Assembly (NCBI GenBank): GCA_002269645.1
Contig: NIVC01002328.1
Coordinates: 119,380-183,379 of the forward strand
Source of the DNA: Macrostomum lignano
Taxonomy: Eukaryota
Reading direction: 5' to 3'
Length of the DNA stretch: 64,000 bases
In this document: positions 47,887 through 58,600 of the stretch, piece by piece
Numbering within the stretch: the first letter of the stretch is position 1
How the letters are laid out: each line of letters begins with the position of its first letter
Program-made: the position numbers and the translations under genes
The notes under the pieces: generated by a model
Told to the model about the DNA's origin: nothing
The model's input: only the letters and a program-made list of their open reading frames with translations
Databases searched by the model: none

Positions 47887-49137
47887 ATGGCTTCTAACCG
47901 AAGAAATCAACCGGCTGTGGATGACACAGTGCCTCCGGCCTCGGCTGGGGCCGTGGACTCCTCGGCCATACCACCTGCTACCATCGGGGACGCCTCGGCG
48001 AGACCCGTGGAGCCAACTCTGAGCGGTGCCTCCGAGAAGACACCTGCTACTCCAGCTGCTAAGAAACGCAGCACCACCTCTGGAGCTGCCCGCCGTCGAC
48101 TTAACAAGGCGAGGCGGGCCAAGGAGGGCGGAAGCCAAACCGGTGCCAGGGGCCAACGGCCCGCGGCAGCGGAAGCTTCCCAGTCTGGGGCGGTGGCGGA
48201 AGAGGGCCTCGAGCCCACGGAAGCCCCTGCCCAGGATAGGGAGGCCGATGCAGCCGGGAGGGTGGACAGCCCACCTGAAGAAAGCTCCACTGACCCCCGG
48301 GCCTCCTACGCTGATGCGGCAAAGAGGCAACCGGCGGTTGTCATCCTGGGAAAGGACGCGCGCCTGTCTCCCGATCAGCTGAAGCAGGTGAGAAGTGCCG
48401 TTGATGGCCTCCTGTGGAAGCAAACTCTGAAGGGCACGCCTCTGAACATTCATTCGAATGCGACGAGGGACTCGTGCCTTCTCATTTGGCCCAGTGATGC
48501 TGACTCGGGTCGGCGGCTCCTTGAGCTGCTGCCCGAGCAGAGCTGGGACCTCAACCTAGCCTTCTGCAGAGAGGACGAGCGCCCCCGGACCAAGAGGCAT
48601 CGAATCTGGGTCCCGGCCAGGAGCGTTGTTACCTCTGCTGACGAGCTCCGGAAAGGACTGCTAGCAGTCAACCGGGAGCTTCCCGCCGCGGGCCTAGTGG
48701 TGCATGACACCCTTAAGCGCACCGACGGCACTGGCTTCACAGCCATCCTGGGGCTGTCGGACGCCTGGATGAGGCGTTATCCACACGGCAGCTTCATCAA
48801 CGTCGGCCTTTGGAAGCTGCGCATCCGCTCCTACGAGGCCGACCCTCCCCGTGGCAGTGAGCAGGGCGGGCGGGATGCGGAGGCGGCCGGGGCCGAGGCG
48901 CAAGCCTCTGCTCAGACTGCCAAAGCAAACCGCCCTGCCCGGCAGCACGGCCGCGCGGGCAAAGCTGAGCGCGCTGCTGAGGGCGGAGGCGACCGACGCC
49001 CGGCGCGCAGCACCAAGCGGCGCGGCCTGTACCAGCGTGCAGCTGAGGCAGTCCGTACCGCCAAAATCTCCCAGCTGAGGCGAGAGGTCGCCGGGACGCC
49101 TAGGCCAAGCTTGTGCCAGTGCATGCCGCGCTGGTGA
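47887..49137 (+). CDS. ORF1 (gag-like, resembling DUF4780-type R1/LOA ORF1) of a non-LTR retrotransposon, 416 aa
   Basis: SGAARRRLNKARR, ASYADAAKR, CLLIWPSDADSGRRLLELL..W..L, RHRIWVP and FINVG..KLRI follow the pattern of R1/LOA-clade ORF1 proteins (from memory). No ORF2 follows. Confidence 0.7.
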   Translation: MASNRRNQPAVDDTVPPASAGAVDSSAIPPATIGDASARPVEPTLSGASEKTPATPAAKKRSTTSGAARRRLNKARRAKEGGSQTGARGQRPAAAEASQSGAVAEEGLEPTEAPAQDREADAAGRVDSPPEESSTDPRASYADAAKRQPAVVILGKDARLSPDQLKQVRSAVDGLLWKQTLKGTPLNIHSNATRDSCLLIWPSDADSGRRLLELLPEQSWDLNLAFCREDERPRTKRHRIWVPARSVVTSADELRKGLLAVNRELPAAGLVVHDTLKRTDGTGFTAILGLSDAWMRRYPHGSFINVGLWKLRIRSYEADPPRGSEQGGRDAEAAGAEAQASAQTAKANRPARQHGRAGKAERAAEGGGDRRPARSTKRRGLYQRAAEAVRTAKISQLRREVAGTPRPSLCQCMPRW

Positions 49138-49306
49138 ACCAGGGTGCTCAGGAGCGCCAGCACAGAGCACGGTACGAGCGTCTGCAGACGAGTGTGGAGC
49201 GGTACTGGGCGCAGTACCGCACTGGTGAGTTGTCAATCCGTGCATTCCTGCTCCGGTGCTCGCGCCTCGGCCACGTTCCCCAGTTTGCGTACAGACAGCG
49301 GCAACA

Positions 49307-49339
<33 letters not shown>

Positions 49340-49983
49340 CTAGTACCTAAAGTGTATATAGGTATTAGTGTATACAGTGTAGAAGTGGATAAGTGTACTG
49401 TACACTCTGCGCATATCTTCAGCTTTATATTTGATTGTGACCTTTGTGGTGGCCTTTGTGATCTTTGTGATTTTGTGCAATGCATTTTCCTTTTTTTACC
49501 ATACAAACTGCATCTTTGTGGCAGTAACTCCGCCATTGTCTGGTCCCAAGCCCAGAATGAGAAAGGAGGAGGGCTGCATGCGGGGCGTGTATTATTGGCA
49601 GTTGACGAAGTGACCAAAAGTTGACATCGTCCCATTGAACAGTTGACGAAATAACCAAGCTTTGAAAGTATCCTATTGGTTTATTTGACGAAACGACCAA
49701 TATGGGGAACGGGTTGACGATGTGTCCAGTTGACGAAATGGCAGTTGACGAAATGACTAGGATCCATAAAAATTATACAGTCAACTGAGCGAGTCAAGGA
49801 CTTAGGATGGTTCACCCTTAGGTAGGACTACTCAGTCTACTCTACTTGAGTTGATTAGTCCTTGTATTGTATACAGTGTAGTATATTGAATAGGCCTATT
49901 TGCTCAGGCCTGTAATTGTAAAATAAGTGATAGGCCAACACTAGTTCCTAGTCATTGTATTCAAAGACAATAATATAGATTAT

Positions 49984-51676
49984 GGGTTATTCCATGATAG
50001 GGTCATCAAAGGTATAGAAATTTTTTAAAAAATTATTTGCAAATGTGAATGTTTCATTTTGCATATAATTATATGTAGTTTCATTTTTATGTAGTTTCAT
50101 ACGCATTTATCTACCTCTAGGTATATATATATTGTTTTGATCATGGTACCCTTGCAAGATTTTAAATGTCCCGTGGGACATTATAAAAAGTTTAATCTAG
50201 TTTTCAATAAGAAAAAAACTTAATAAACATAATGCATCAAGTGCATAAATAATAAAAATCTTTCTTTCTTATATCTAAAGACTGAAATTATAAAGTTTTA
50301 TGATCTAATATAGTTCTATCTATCATAATTTTTTATTTTAAAAAGTTTGACTTCCCTTTTTTAAGTGTTAAAAACGACCATCATTTTTTTTACAAAAAGT
50401 TGTTCTACTAATTTTCAAGAGGTTTATAAGTTGATAATTTTTTGCTAAAATATTTTCTGAGCCTATATTTAAGTTTATAGTCATTTTTGTTAGTTTATGA
50501 TAAGTGTAACATGCTGAAAAAACCCTGCAAAGTTACCTAACGACCATCATTTTCTGGAATTCTGAAATCTGTTGATCTTCATAAAACCTGAATTACTATC
50601 ATTTATTCCTAAATTTTATACAAAAAACTGAATTTACTGATAGGCCTATTCTAAAATCATGTCCTTTTTTAAATGTGAATTACTTATTCAATTTCTCTTT
50701 CAAAGTTTTTACAGTTTTGATTGTAAAGAAAAATATAGTGGAATTCAAGTCTTTTATTAAAAAGTATATTGTCAATTACTTGTTTGATACCTTAAAATCA
50801 TTTTCAACCTCCACTATTAAAAAGGTTGTTCCAATTACTAACAATGCACCTAGAACTCTCTACTTTAGTTTGCAATGCACCTTAACACATGCCCCAATCT
50901 TCAGCATAAGTAGTCTAACTAGACTCAAGTTTTTACTATCCATTGGTGCTACTGCTTATTGCCTAACAAATAATCTGTATTTGCCTTTGGTTTTGTTAAT
51001 TGTTATATTCTATTCTTTGAATTCTTGAATAGATTAGGACTGTCTATCTTTATGATCATATGTTGAGTTGTGCAATCATGAAGTGATGTTTTTGTTGAAG
51101 GTGCATAAGTACATTTGATCTGAAATGTGAAACAGGTATAATAAATTTTATGGTTAGACAAGCAAGTTATAGTTTTTATATGAACAACTATGGATTATAA
51201 ACAATCTTTTAACTGAAATCATATCTAAAAATAGATAATCCTAATACACTTTTTAAAACTGAAGGTCATTTTTTTGAAACAAACGACCGTCAGTCAATGA
51301 CCGTCATTTAAGAAAAAATGTGCAACACAGTTAAAGTTATCTACTAAAATGTAATAATTGTTTGTAACCATTCATCTAGCTATTGTTTACTACAATTAAT
51401 GATCAATTGAGACAAAAACTTGCCTGATTCGCAGGAATCTTAAACTTAAGTTATAAAGTTGGATACATAAACTTTCACCAAAAACGACCGTCATCGAAAG
51501 TTTCTCTCTGCTAAATCAACACAGTAAGACAAATGACTTTAAAATGTATCTTATCTCAATCTAGAGGTCATGCCCATAAATATAGAACTCACAAAGTCTC
51601 AATTTAGTTTGTCTTTTGTATGATTACTGATTATTATTTGCTCCAACCCAATGACCGTCATCTCGTGGAATTACCC
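49984..51676. mobile_element. Non-autonomous DNA transposon with 4-bp TTAT TSD (superfamily uncertain, Sola-like)
   Basis: Imperfect TIR GGGTwATTCCAyGA; ttat flanks both ends; recurring gaccrtca motifs at about 50375, 50540, 51285, 51300, 51485 and 51655. Confidence 0.65.
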
Positions 51677-52088
51677 TTATACTTTTTTACAAGTCATGTC
51701 ATATACTATACTATACTAAGCTTAGGGCCTACTAATAATGAATAAATGAAGCTAGGCCTGTCTACCTAGGCTTTATTCTAACAATTAGAAACAAAAATAT
51801 AATTATAAATAGAACTAATAGGTGATAGCTCATGTATTTTAAAAAATTCCTAGATTTTACCAATCTCACAAAAATAGGACTATTAGGAGAACATTGTCAA
51901 AACAATATTGCAATAGGCTTAATAAATGAACTTTTTTTACAACATATAGTAAAAAAATGACCTTTTTACATGTGACAATATAGGACTATGAGATCGGACC
52001 CTTTCTTACATTACAACACTTAATTATTTTGACATAGCTTATACCAATAGCTATGTACCTACATTAGGCCTATAATCTATATGCCAGC

Positions 52089-52782
52089 TGTTGTACTTTG
52101 AGGGAGTGTGGCCAAATGAATACAATGCAAGAAGCAATTGCAGGGTAGAAATGTCACAAAGGCTTAAAAGGCTGGTGCACACTTATATTATAGTTAAAAT
52201 ACTAATCAGTATGATTCAGCAAACATCAAACCACACAACTTGAACTTGTAGCGGTTGCTGATTGTGCTATGCGATTGACCAAAGATCATTTTCAGTATAG
52301 CCACCAGCTTGTCAAATGTATCAACGCTCATTGTGGGTAGATTCCTTAGCGCATAGACTCTCTGGCCTTCCCTGCCTAGTAGATGAACAAAAATCCCCTT
52401 TTGCGTGCATCCAATGCTTCATTTAGGTCCAAGGCCTCCAGATAAATCTTGAATCTTTCAATCCAACAGTTCCAAGGCATGTGTGGCTATCCTAAGTGGG
52501 CAAGAAACACGCGTGGCTCGGGAATGCTCAGACTCGTTGCCATGTTGTACTTTGAGGCAGCGTGGCCAAATGAATACAATGCAAAAAGCGATTGCAGGGT
52601 AGAAAAGTCACAAAGGCTTGAAAGGCTGGTGCGCACTTATATTATAGTTAAACTATTAACCAGCATGATTCAGCAGACATCAAACCCTCCACTCGGCCTA
52701 GGCCAGTCTGGGCAGACAGACAAGCCCCCAAGCCAATCAGAATGCAAGAACCCTAACTGACGTATAAGCAGCATACACAACA
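52089..52782 (-). mobile_element. Internally deleted Ty3/Gypsy LTR retrotransposon (LTR-PBS-gag fragment-partial LTR)
   Basis: 5' LTR 52782-52543 (TG...CA); PBS TGGCAACGAG; decayed gag MATSLSIPEP..PWNCWIERFKIYLEAL...HLLGREGQRVY...NRYKF; partial 3' LTR about 52232-52089; 5-bp TSD gctgg. Confidence 0.87.
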
Positions 52783-53505
52783 CCAGCTCTATGGCACAAT
52801 TTTCTAGCAGATTGTTCTTTATGCTAGATACTTTATGCCAACTATTTTTTTCATATCCATTATAGTATACTATATATACACCTTAATTTTTTGGCATATA
52901 TAATTATAAGATTAGAGAATGGCCTGTCAATGGAATTTTTTTCTAGGCCTATTTCCAACTATTTTTTATTAGAGCCAGGGGGTTATGTGCACATTCCGCC
53001 CATTTCGCCTATTCCGCTAACTCCCCTGAGCAGGCATAAAAGTGTGCAGATATGTACGCAGGCATACACCCATACAGGAGTGTACAGTGGCCTTAACTTT
53101 ATTTTATTATTAGGCATATACACTTCATTGTGCCTTGGGGGGTTAGCTCTCAAGGCTGTTAATTGCACACAAGCCAAGATTCTAATTCAGCCCCAAATTA
53201 ATATGACTGCACTTGGAATCAAGCCTAGGTCACTGGTATACCAGAGCCTGGGCTAGACCATAGGGCTTTATTTCTATTTGTTGGCTATATAAAAAAATAT
53301 AATATAAAATACAAGTGAGTATACATATCACAAGTTACTTTTTTATAAAAAGTACAAAAGTATTTATTTTTATACCTTTTTATATTGAACTTGTGCTACT
53401 AATATATTTAGACTGGGAATGACAATATCCATATAGCTAAATTTAAATAGACCTATCCCAAATTGCTTGAGTAGGCCTAAAAAGAATTTTGTTACATACA
53501 TATAT

Positions 53506-53651
53506 AATCTTGGGAATCACTTAGCCATTTCTATTGGCAACATATACATGTAAGTTGCTATTAGCCAAGAGCAGTCATGTGACTATTATTCTGTCCAATA
53601 GTGACTTACATGTGTGTTGCCAATAGAAATGGCCAGGTGAATCCCTAGGTT
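53506..53651. mobile_element. Small foldback/MITE-like inverted repeat
   Basis: Arms gggaatcacttagccatttctattggcaaca... and their reverse complement; no clear TSD. Confidence 0.6.
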
Positions 53652-54304
53652 GCACCCAAGCATGTTTTGTTACAAGCATAAGTTATTCTTATTCTATATA
53701 AGTCAGTGTTTGTTACATAAATGATTCTAGTAAACTTTTAAATCATTTTTTATATTTTCACTTAATCTTAAAAATCTCTTTTGTGTATGTAAATATACTT
53801 TACTTTAAATTATTGATCAATTTTTTTTCATGTACTTTTTAAGACTATCATCTGGGTTTTTGGGCCATATGGGGTTTTTTGTCCCCTTGAAAATATTAAT
53901 AGCAACTGGATTTTTGGCATCAAAGACAAATCTGGCAACTTCATTTTCCCCGTGCTAGTTGCCAATTTTAAAAAATGATTTTGTAATGTAATAAAAGTAC
54001 TTATAAGTCAATATGATGGAATTATTAGTTTGTTATTGTTTGTAGTGTAGAAAGCAATATTAGAGTTAAGAGAACAAATTTCTGCTTTTTAAGTATAGCT
54101 TTAGAAATATCTATCCATTCTATCTTTGAAAATCCTTGACGTTATTTGGCTAGTTGCCAATAATAGGCAACCAAAAATAAACATTGGCAACTGGATTTGA
54201 GCCCCAAGGGCCAGCTGACAACTGGATTTCCAACCTTAAAAACTCAAACTAGGCCTATCATCATTTTATCTAAAAACTGTAATAGTTTTTTAATAATATT
54301 TTTG

Positions 54305-54477
54305 ATATGACTTGTTTACTTCTTATTTTTTGTGTCCAGTATGCCATTTTTAGCTTTTTTATTTCTTAAACTATTAATTTATTATTAATTATTTATTAAA
54401 GTATTATTAATAGTTTAGAAATAAAAAAGCTAAAAATGGCATACTGGACACAAAAAATTATAAGTAAAACGTCATAT
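54305..54477. repeat. Near-perfect AT-rich palindrome (about 70-bp arms)
   Basis: tgtgtccagtatgccatttttagcttttttatttc and its reverse complement around a short AT spacer. Confidence 0.85.
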
Positions 54478-55678
54478 AGTAAAAAGAATAGAATAGCTGA
54501 AATAGTGAAAACCTTTGCAAGAAAGCCTAAATGTCTGTTTTATGCATAAAATATATGGGAAAACCATAGGAATAAAAACACTTTGCCATTTTTTATAGTA
54601 TATAATTATTTCCTTTTTCTTTGTAATAGAAATATTTTATCATATTAGAAGTTTTCCTAACTACTAACTAATTTCCTAACTCGAAGGAGCAACAAAGTTA
54701 ACCTATTAAAGAATAAAAACATTAAAAATTTCATAAATATTTTGTGTTTTACAATAAAAGATTAGTTAGATAAAAGGCATATTATCTTGTCTGTGTATTT
54801 TATAATGACTTCATTATAAATGCTAGAACTTGGTAATTTTTTTCATTTTTTAGAATACAAAAGCATCTATTTTTTTCTTCAATGTTTTTTAAAAGCTATT
54901 TTTTATAAGAGATTATTAGCATCCCAATGAAATTCCAAGGAAAACGGATAATTTTTTTTGAATAAGGTTTTTCTTTATGACAAAGTATTTTTTCTCTTCT
55001 TTTTAATTCCTAGTTGCTTTTTATTCAATGTAATTGTATTGCAAAATTATTTATTTGTAAAAAAACTCCTTTTCAAAGTTTGCCTTATATGTATATTGAC
55101 AAGTCATAGGACCCTTACCAAAGTCCCTATCATATGTAAAGATTCAATAAAAACATGAATTTTGTTCACAGATACTAGATTAACTAGATGAGACACTAAG
55201 CACATTTTTGTGCTAGCTATTTTTAGTTTAGTATTGAGTTAAACTGTAACATTTAAATATTAAAGACAATGCTTCTTATTGGCTCTTGCCATTAGCTTAA
55301 ACCCTTCAAACTCTATATAGAACCTCTGCCCCTACTCTGCCACCCAATTTTTATTATCTTCCTTAGCTATTTTAGCCTAAATCTGCCTTGTAGATTTCAA
55401 TGGCTAATGTACTGTACATTGTAGCTGAACCAATTGGCAAGCTTTTTTCGTCATTAAAACAAAATTGAAAATCATAGACTTCACCTTCTTATGTCAAGTT
55501 TTGCATCCACATATTTGATGATAATTGTTGACAAGAAAGATTAATTACCCTGAATATCTCCAATCCCAAAAATTTTATTCCTGGTTGTGCTCTATCAATC
55601 TGGGGTTTTTGTAAAATCCTAGCACTCCTAACCAAGCAAGATAGGCTTATTATATAATCTGAATGCTAATGATTTCAG

Positions 55679-58600
55679 CTACCAATACCGGGTCATTCAT
55701 ATATACTGCAGCAGCAATTGCAGTTGCGCCAGCAGCAGCAACAGCAGCAGGCAAATTATGGCGGCGGCCTATTTATGCGCCCACCAGCCAACCTGCTGCC
55801 GAGGAGTAGCAGCAGTAGCGGAGGTGGCGGCGGCTTGCTGGCGCCTCTAGCTCGCTCAAATTCCTGTCAGCAACTGTCGCTTGAGCAGCGCAAACCGGCT
55901 GCGCCAGCTAGTTCGAGTGCTTCATCATCAGCTAATAATGAGCCATCATCGGCTGCTATGATAAAAGAGATCGATAAGAAATGCGAATCCTATTGCAAAG
56001 CTGTGTACGCCGTGGCCGAGCGCTATCTAAAGCACATGCCAATAGCCCAGCGCACAGATATGCGACGCTTATTCAACACATGGAAGGACGCGCCAGACAA
56101 ATTAGACGTCAGCTTTATGTATAAACTATCGGGCTGGAGAGCCGTGTACACTTTGAACTTATTCCGCAGTAGAATCCAGACAGTGTGGCTGTCGCTAAGA
56201 CAATTAATGTCGCCAAAGTCTGGCATCGCCGATCAGCTCACTGAGATATTTGGCCGGACACAGAGAGTAGTTAGCATCGGCTGCGGTCCGGGGCCCTGCG
56301 TAGCCGCTATGCTTATTGTGCTGCGCGAATGCTTCGGCATTACGCAATACGTGAAGCTGATTGGTATCGATCAGTTCATTGGCTGGGGTCCCTATGTTGT
56401 GTCGATGAACGGCGTTGAAGCCGCCGGTCCGAGCGGTGTAGAGTTTTGGCACGAACGAGTCGAGGAAGCAACGATTGACAAGCTGCCAAATGCCAACGTG
56501 GCTATTATGTCTTACACTGACGCTGCCGTGCACACTCCGAAATTTTGGGAAACAATGCGACTTAAATTTGCTTTCATCCTTGTGCTTGACCAGCGCAAAG
56601 GAGCCCTGTCGCGAGAATTGCAGCGCCAAGGATTCTGCCATTTCGAATACGAATTTAAGGGCAGCAAGAGGGTATTTTATTACATTAATCCGTTTGGCGA
56701 GATGCTCAAATTGGCTCACTGCACCGCCTCGACTACGGCGGCCGGCTCCGGCGTGCCTCGATTGGCCACGGCAGACAGCGACGACTCCGACGCCTACGAC
56801 AGTGACTCGTCGTCCGACACTTCCTCATCCACGTCTGGCGATGATGCCGATGCCGTAGAGACTGACGAGCACATTGAGCAGCAGGTGGCCGGTGTGATGC
56901 AGCACCTGTTAGCCAAGGTTGAGCAGCAGATGAGTTTAGGCTTGGCTAGGACTCGAACTCGCGACCGTAGGCGGGCAATGCAAGAGGCGGCGGCCGCAAG
57001 ATCCGCAGCCGAAGATGACGAAGTGACGCCGGAGCTGGAGCGGGCGATCACACAGCGCCTGCTCGCGGCTGTCGATACGATGAACTCGTCAGGTGGCGAT
57101 GGTGGCGCCGATTCCGATGACGCTATTGAGTTGCATGCTGAGCAAGATGAGGCTAGCAATCCTGACGAATTGATGGCAACACCTGAGTCCGAAAATCAGC
57201 AGAAGCAGCAGGAGCAGCAGGACGAATCTTCTTGCAGTCGAGGCCGGGCACTGCGGTCCGCAAGAGACCGCAGCAGCAGAAGCCGCAGCCGTCCCAGATT
57301 CCTGCATCGGCGGCGCCTACACCTAGTCGGGTCCGCCGCGCGCCACCTTCCGATCAAGAGCAGCAGCAGCAACAGGAGGAGGTGGAGCCTCCCGCAAAGA
57401 AGCGCAAACAGCCGCTTAGCAAAGCCGAGAAAGACCAGCTATTAAAATCCCTTCTAAAAGAAGTCAGCTCAGCAGAGTCAGACGAAGAGCAGCAAGCAAA
57501 TTCGTCACCAAAGCAAGCTCCGCCGCATGCTCAAGAAAAAGTGCTCTCGGTTCATATGCCCGATTGGGCGCGCGATCTTATCGCCAATTGGTCAACCGGT
57601 GACGTGGCTGATTCACCTCCGGCTAGCTCGCCAACCGCCGAATTGCCTGCGCCTCAAGAGATCGGCGCTCCGCTGCCATTTGGCATCAAGCGGGTCGCCT
57701 CACAGCCCGCTAACGTCCGGCCGCTGATGCCGGCTCAAGTTCGGGTTAAAGCAGTGCAAAGTTCGCAGTCAGTTCGTCCTCAAAATCAGGTGCGTCTTCA
57801 GTTTACTTTTTGTTTATTTTAAAGTAGACCTGAAGCCAGCGACCCGTCAAGTACTTTTTAAGTACTTATATAAATGCATGAATGTACGCCAAACTGCACA
57901 CTTGCGCACTTCATGCAATCCATGCAATGTTAGTGTTTTAGTCTAGTGGTTAGAGCGTCGGACTCACGACTTGAAGGTCTGGGGTTCGATTCCCGATCCC
58001 ACTGAAACAATTTGTATCCTTGAGCAAGACACTTAACTCTGCATTGCTTCAGTTCAGCCATCTGTGAAATGGGAGCCAGCGTTTGCTGGGGTAGTTAAGG
58101 GGTGTGACAACCTCCAGTCCTTGGACTGAACAGCCGTACGCAGCTGTCGGTTGCACATCTTCCCATTAGGGCAGGTTCAATCAATTATATTATCATTATT
58201 ATGCAATGCATGCGCTTTGTCTTGACCCATCATTTCCGTAGGTCACATAACTATCCATGCCTTAACCCGTCCTCCGGTGCCGCAGGTGCGTCCCCAGGTG
58301 TCACAGGTTCGACCTCGGGCATCTCAAGTAGGTTCCCAGGCGCCGCAGGTCCAAACTCAGGTGCCGCAGGTTCGAACTCAGGTGCCGCAGGTTCGAACTC
58401 AGGTGCCGCAGGTTCGAACTCAGGTGCCGCAGGTTCGAACTCAGGTGCCGCAGGTTCGAACTCAGGTGCCGCAGGTTCGAACTCAGGTGCCGCAGGTTCG
58501 AACTCAGGTGCCGCAGGTTCGAACTCAGGTGCCGCAGGTTCGAACTCAGGTGCCACAGGTTCGACCCCAGACACCACAGGTTCGACCTCAGACAGCACAG

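Larger units (their letters stand above)
46540..49765 (+). mobile_element. Mutator-like element (MULE), 3226 bp, with internal non-LTR cargo
   Basis: TIR GGnTnCTnGTCATTTCGTCAACTG; multiple gttgacgaa subterminal repeats at both ends; 8-bp TSD ataaaaat at 46532-46539 and 49766-49773; MULE-type C-terminal remnant RYERLQTSVERYWAQYRTGELSIRAFLLRCSRL at about 49133-49343. Confidence 0.85.

Noticed and set aside
57181-57240. Short intron or programmed frameshift explaining the frame change at about 57230
   Set aside because: The acceptor-like tcttcttgcag has no phase-compatible nearby donor, and there is no slippery heptamer.
57935-58000. Possible tRNA gene
   Set aside because: There is no complete cloverleaf or acceptor stem, and it continues into a SINE body shared with 4691-4990. 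The same applies to the tRNA-like segments in the Helitrons and a lone B box at about 5108-5135.
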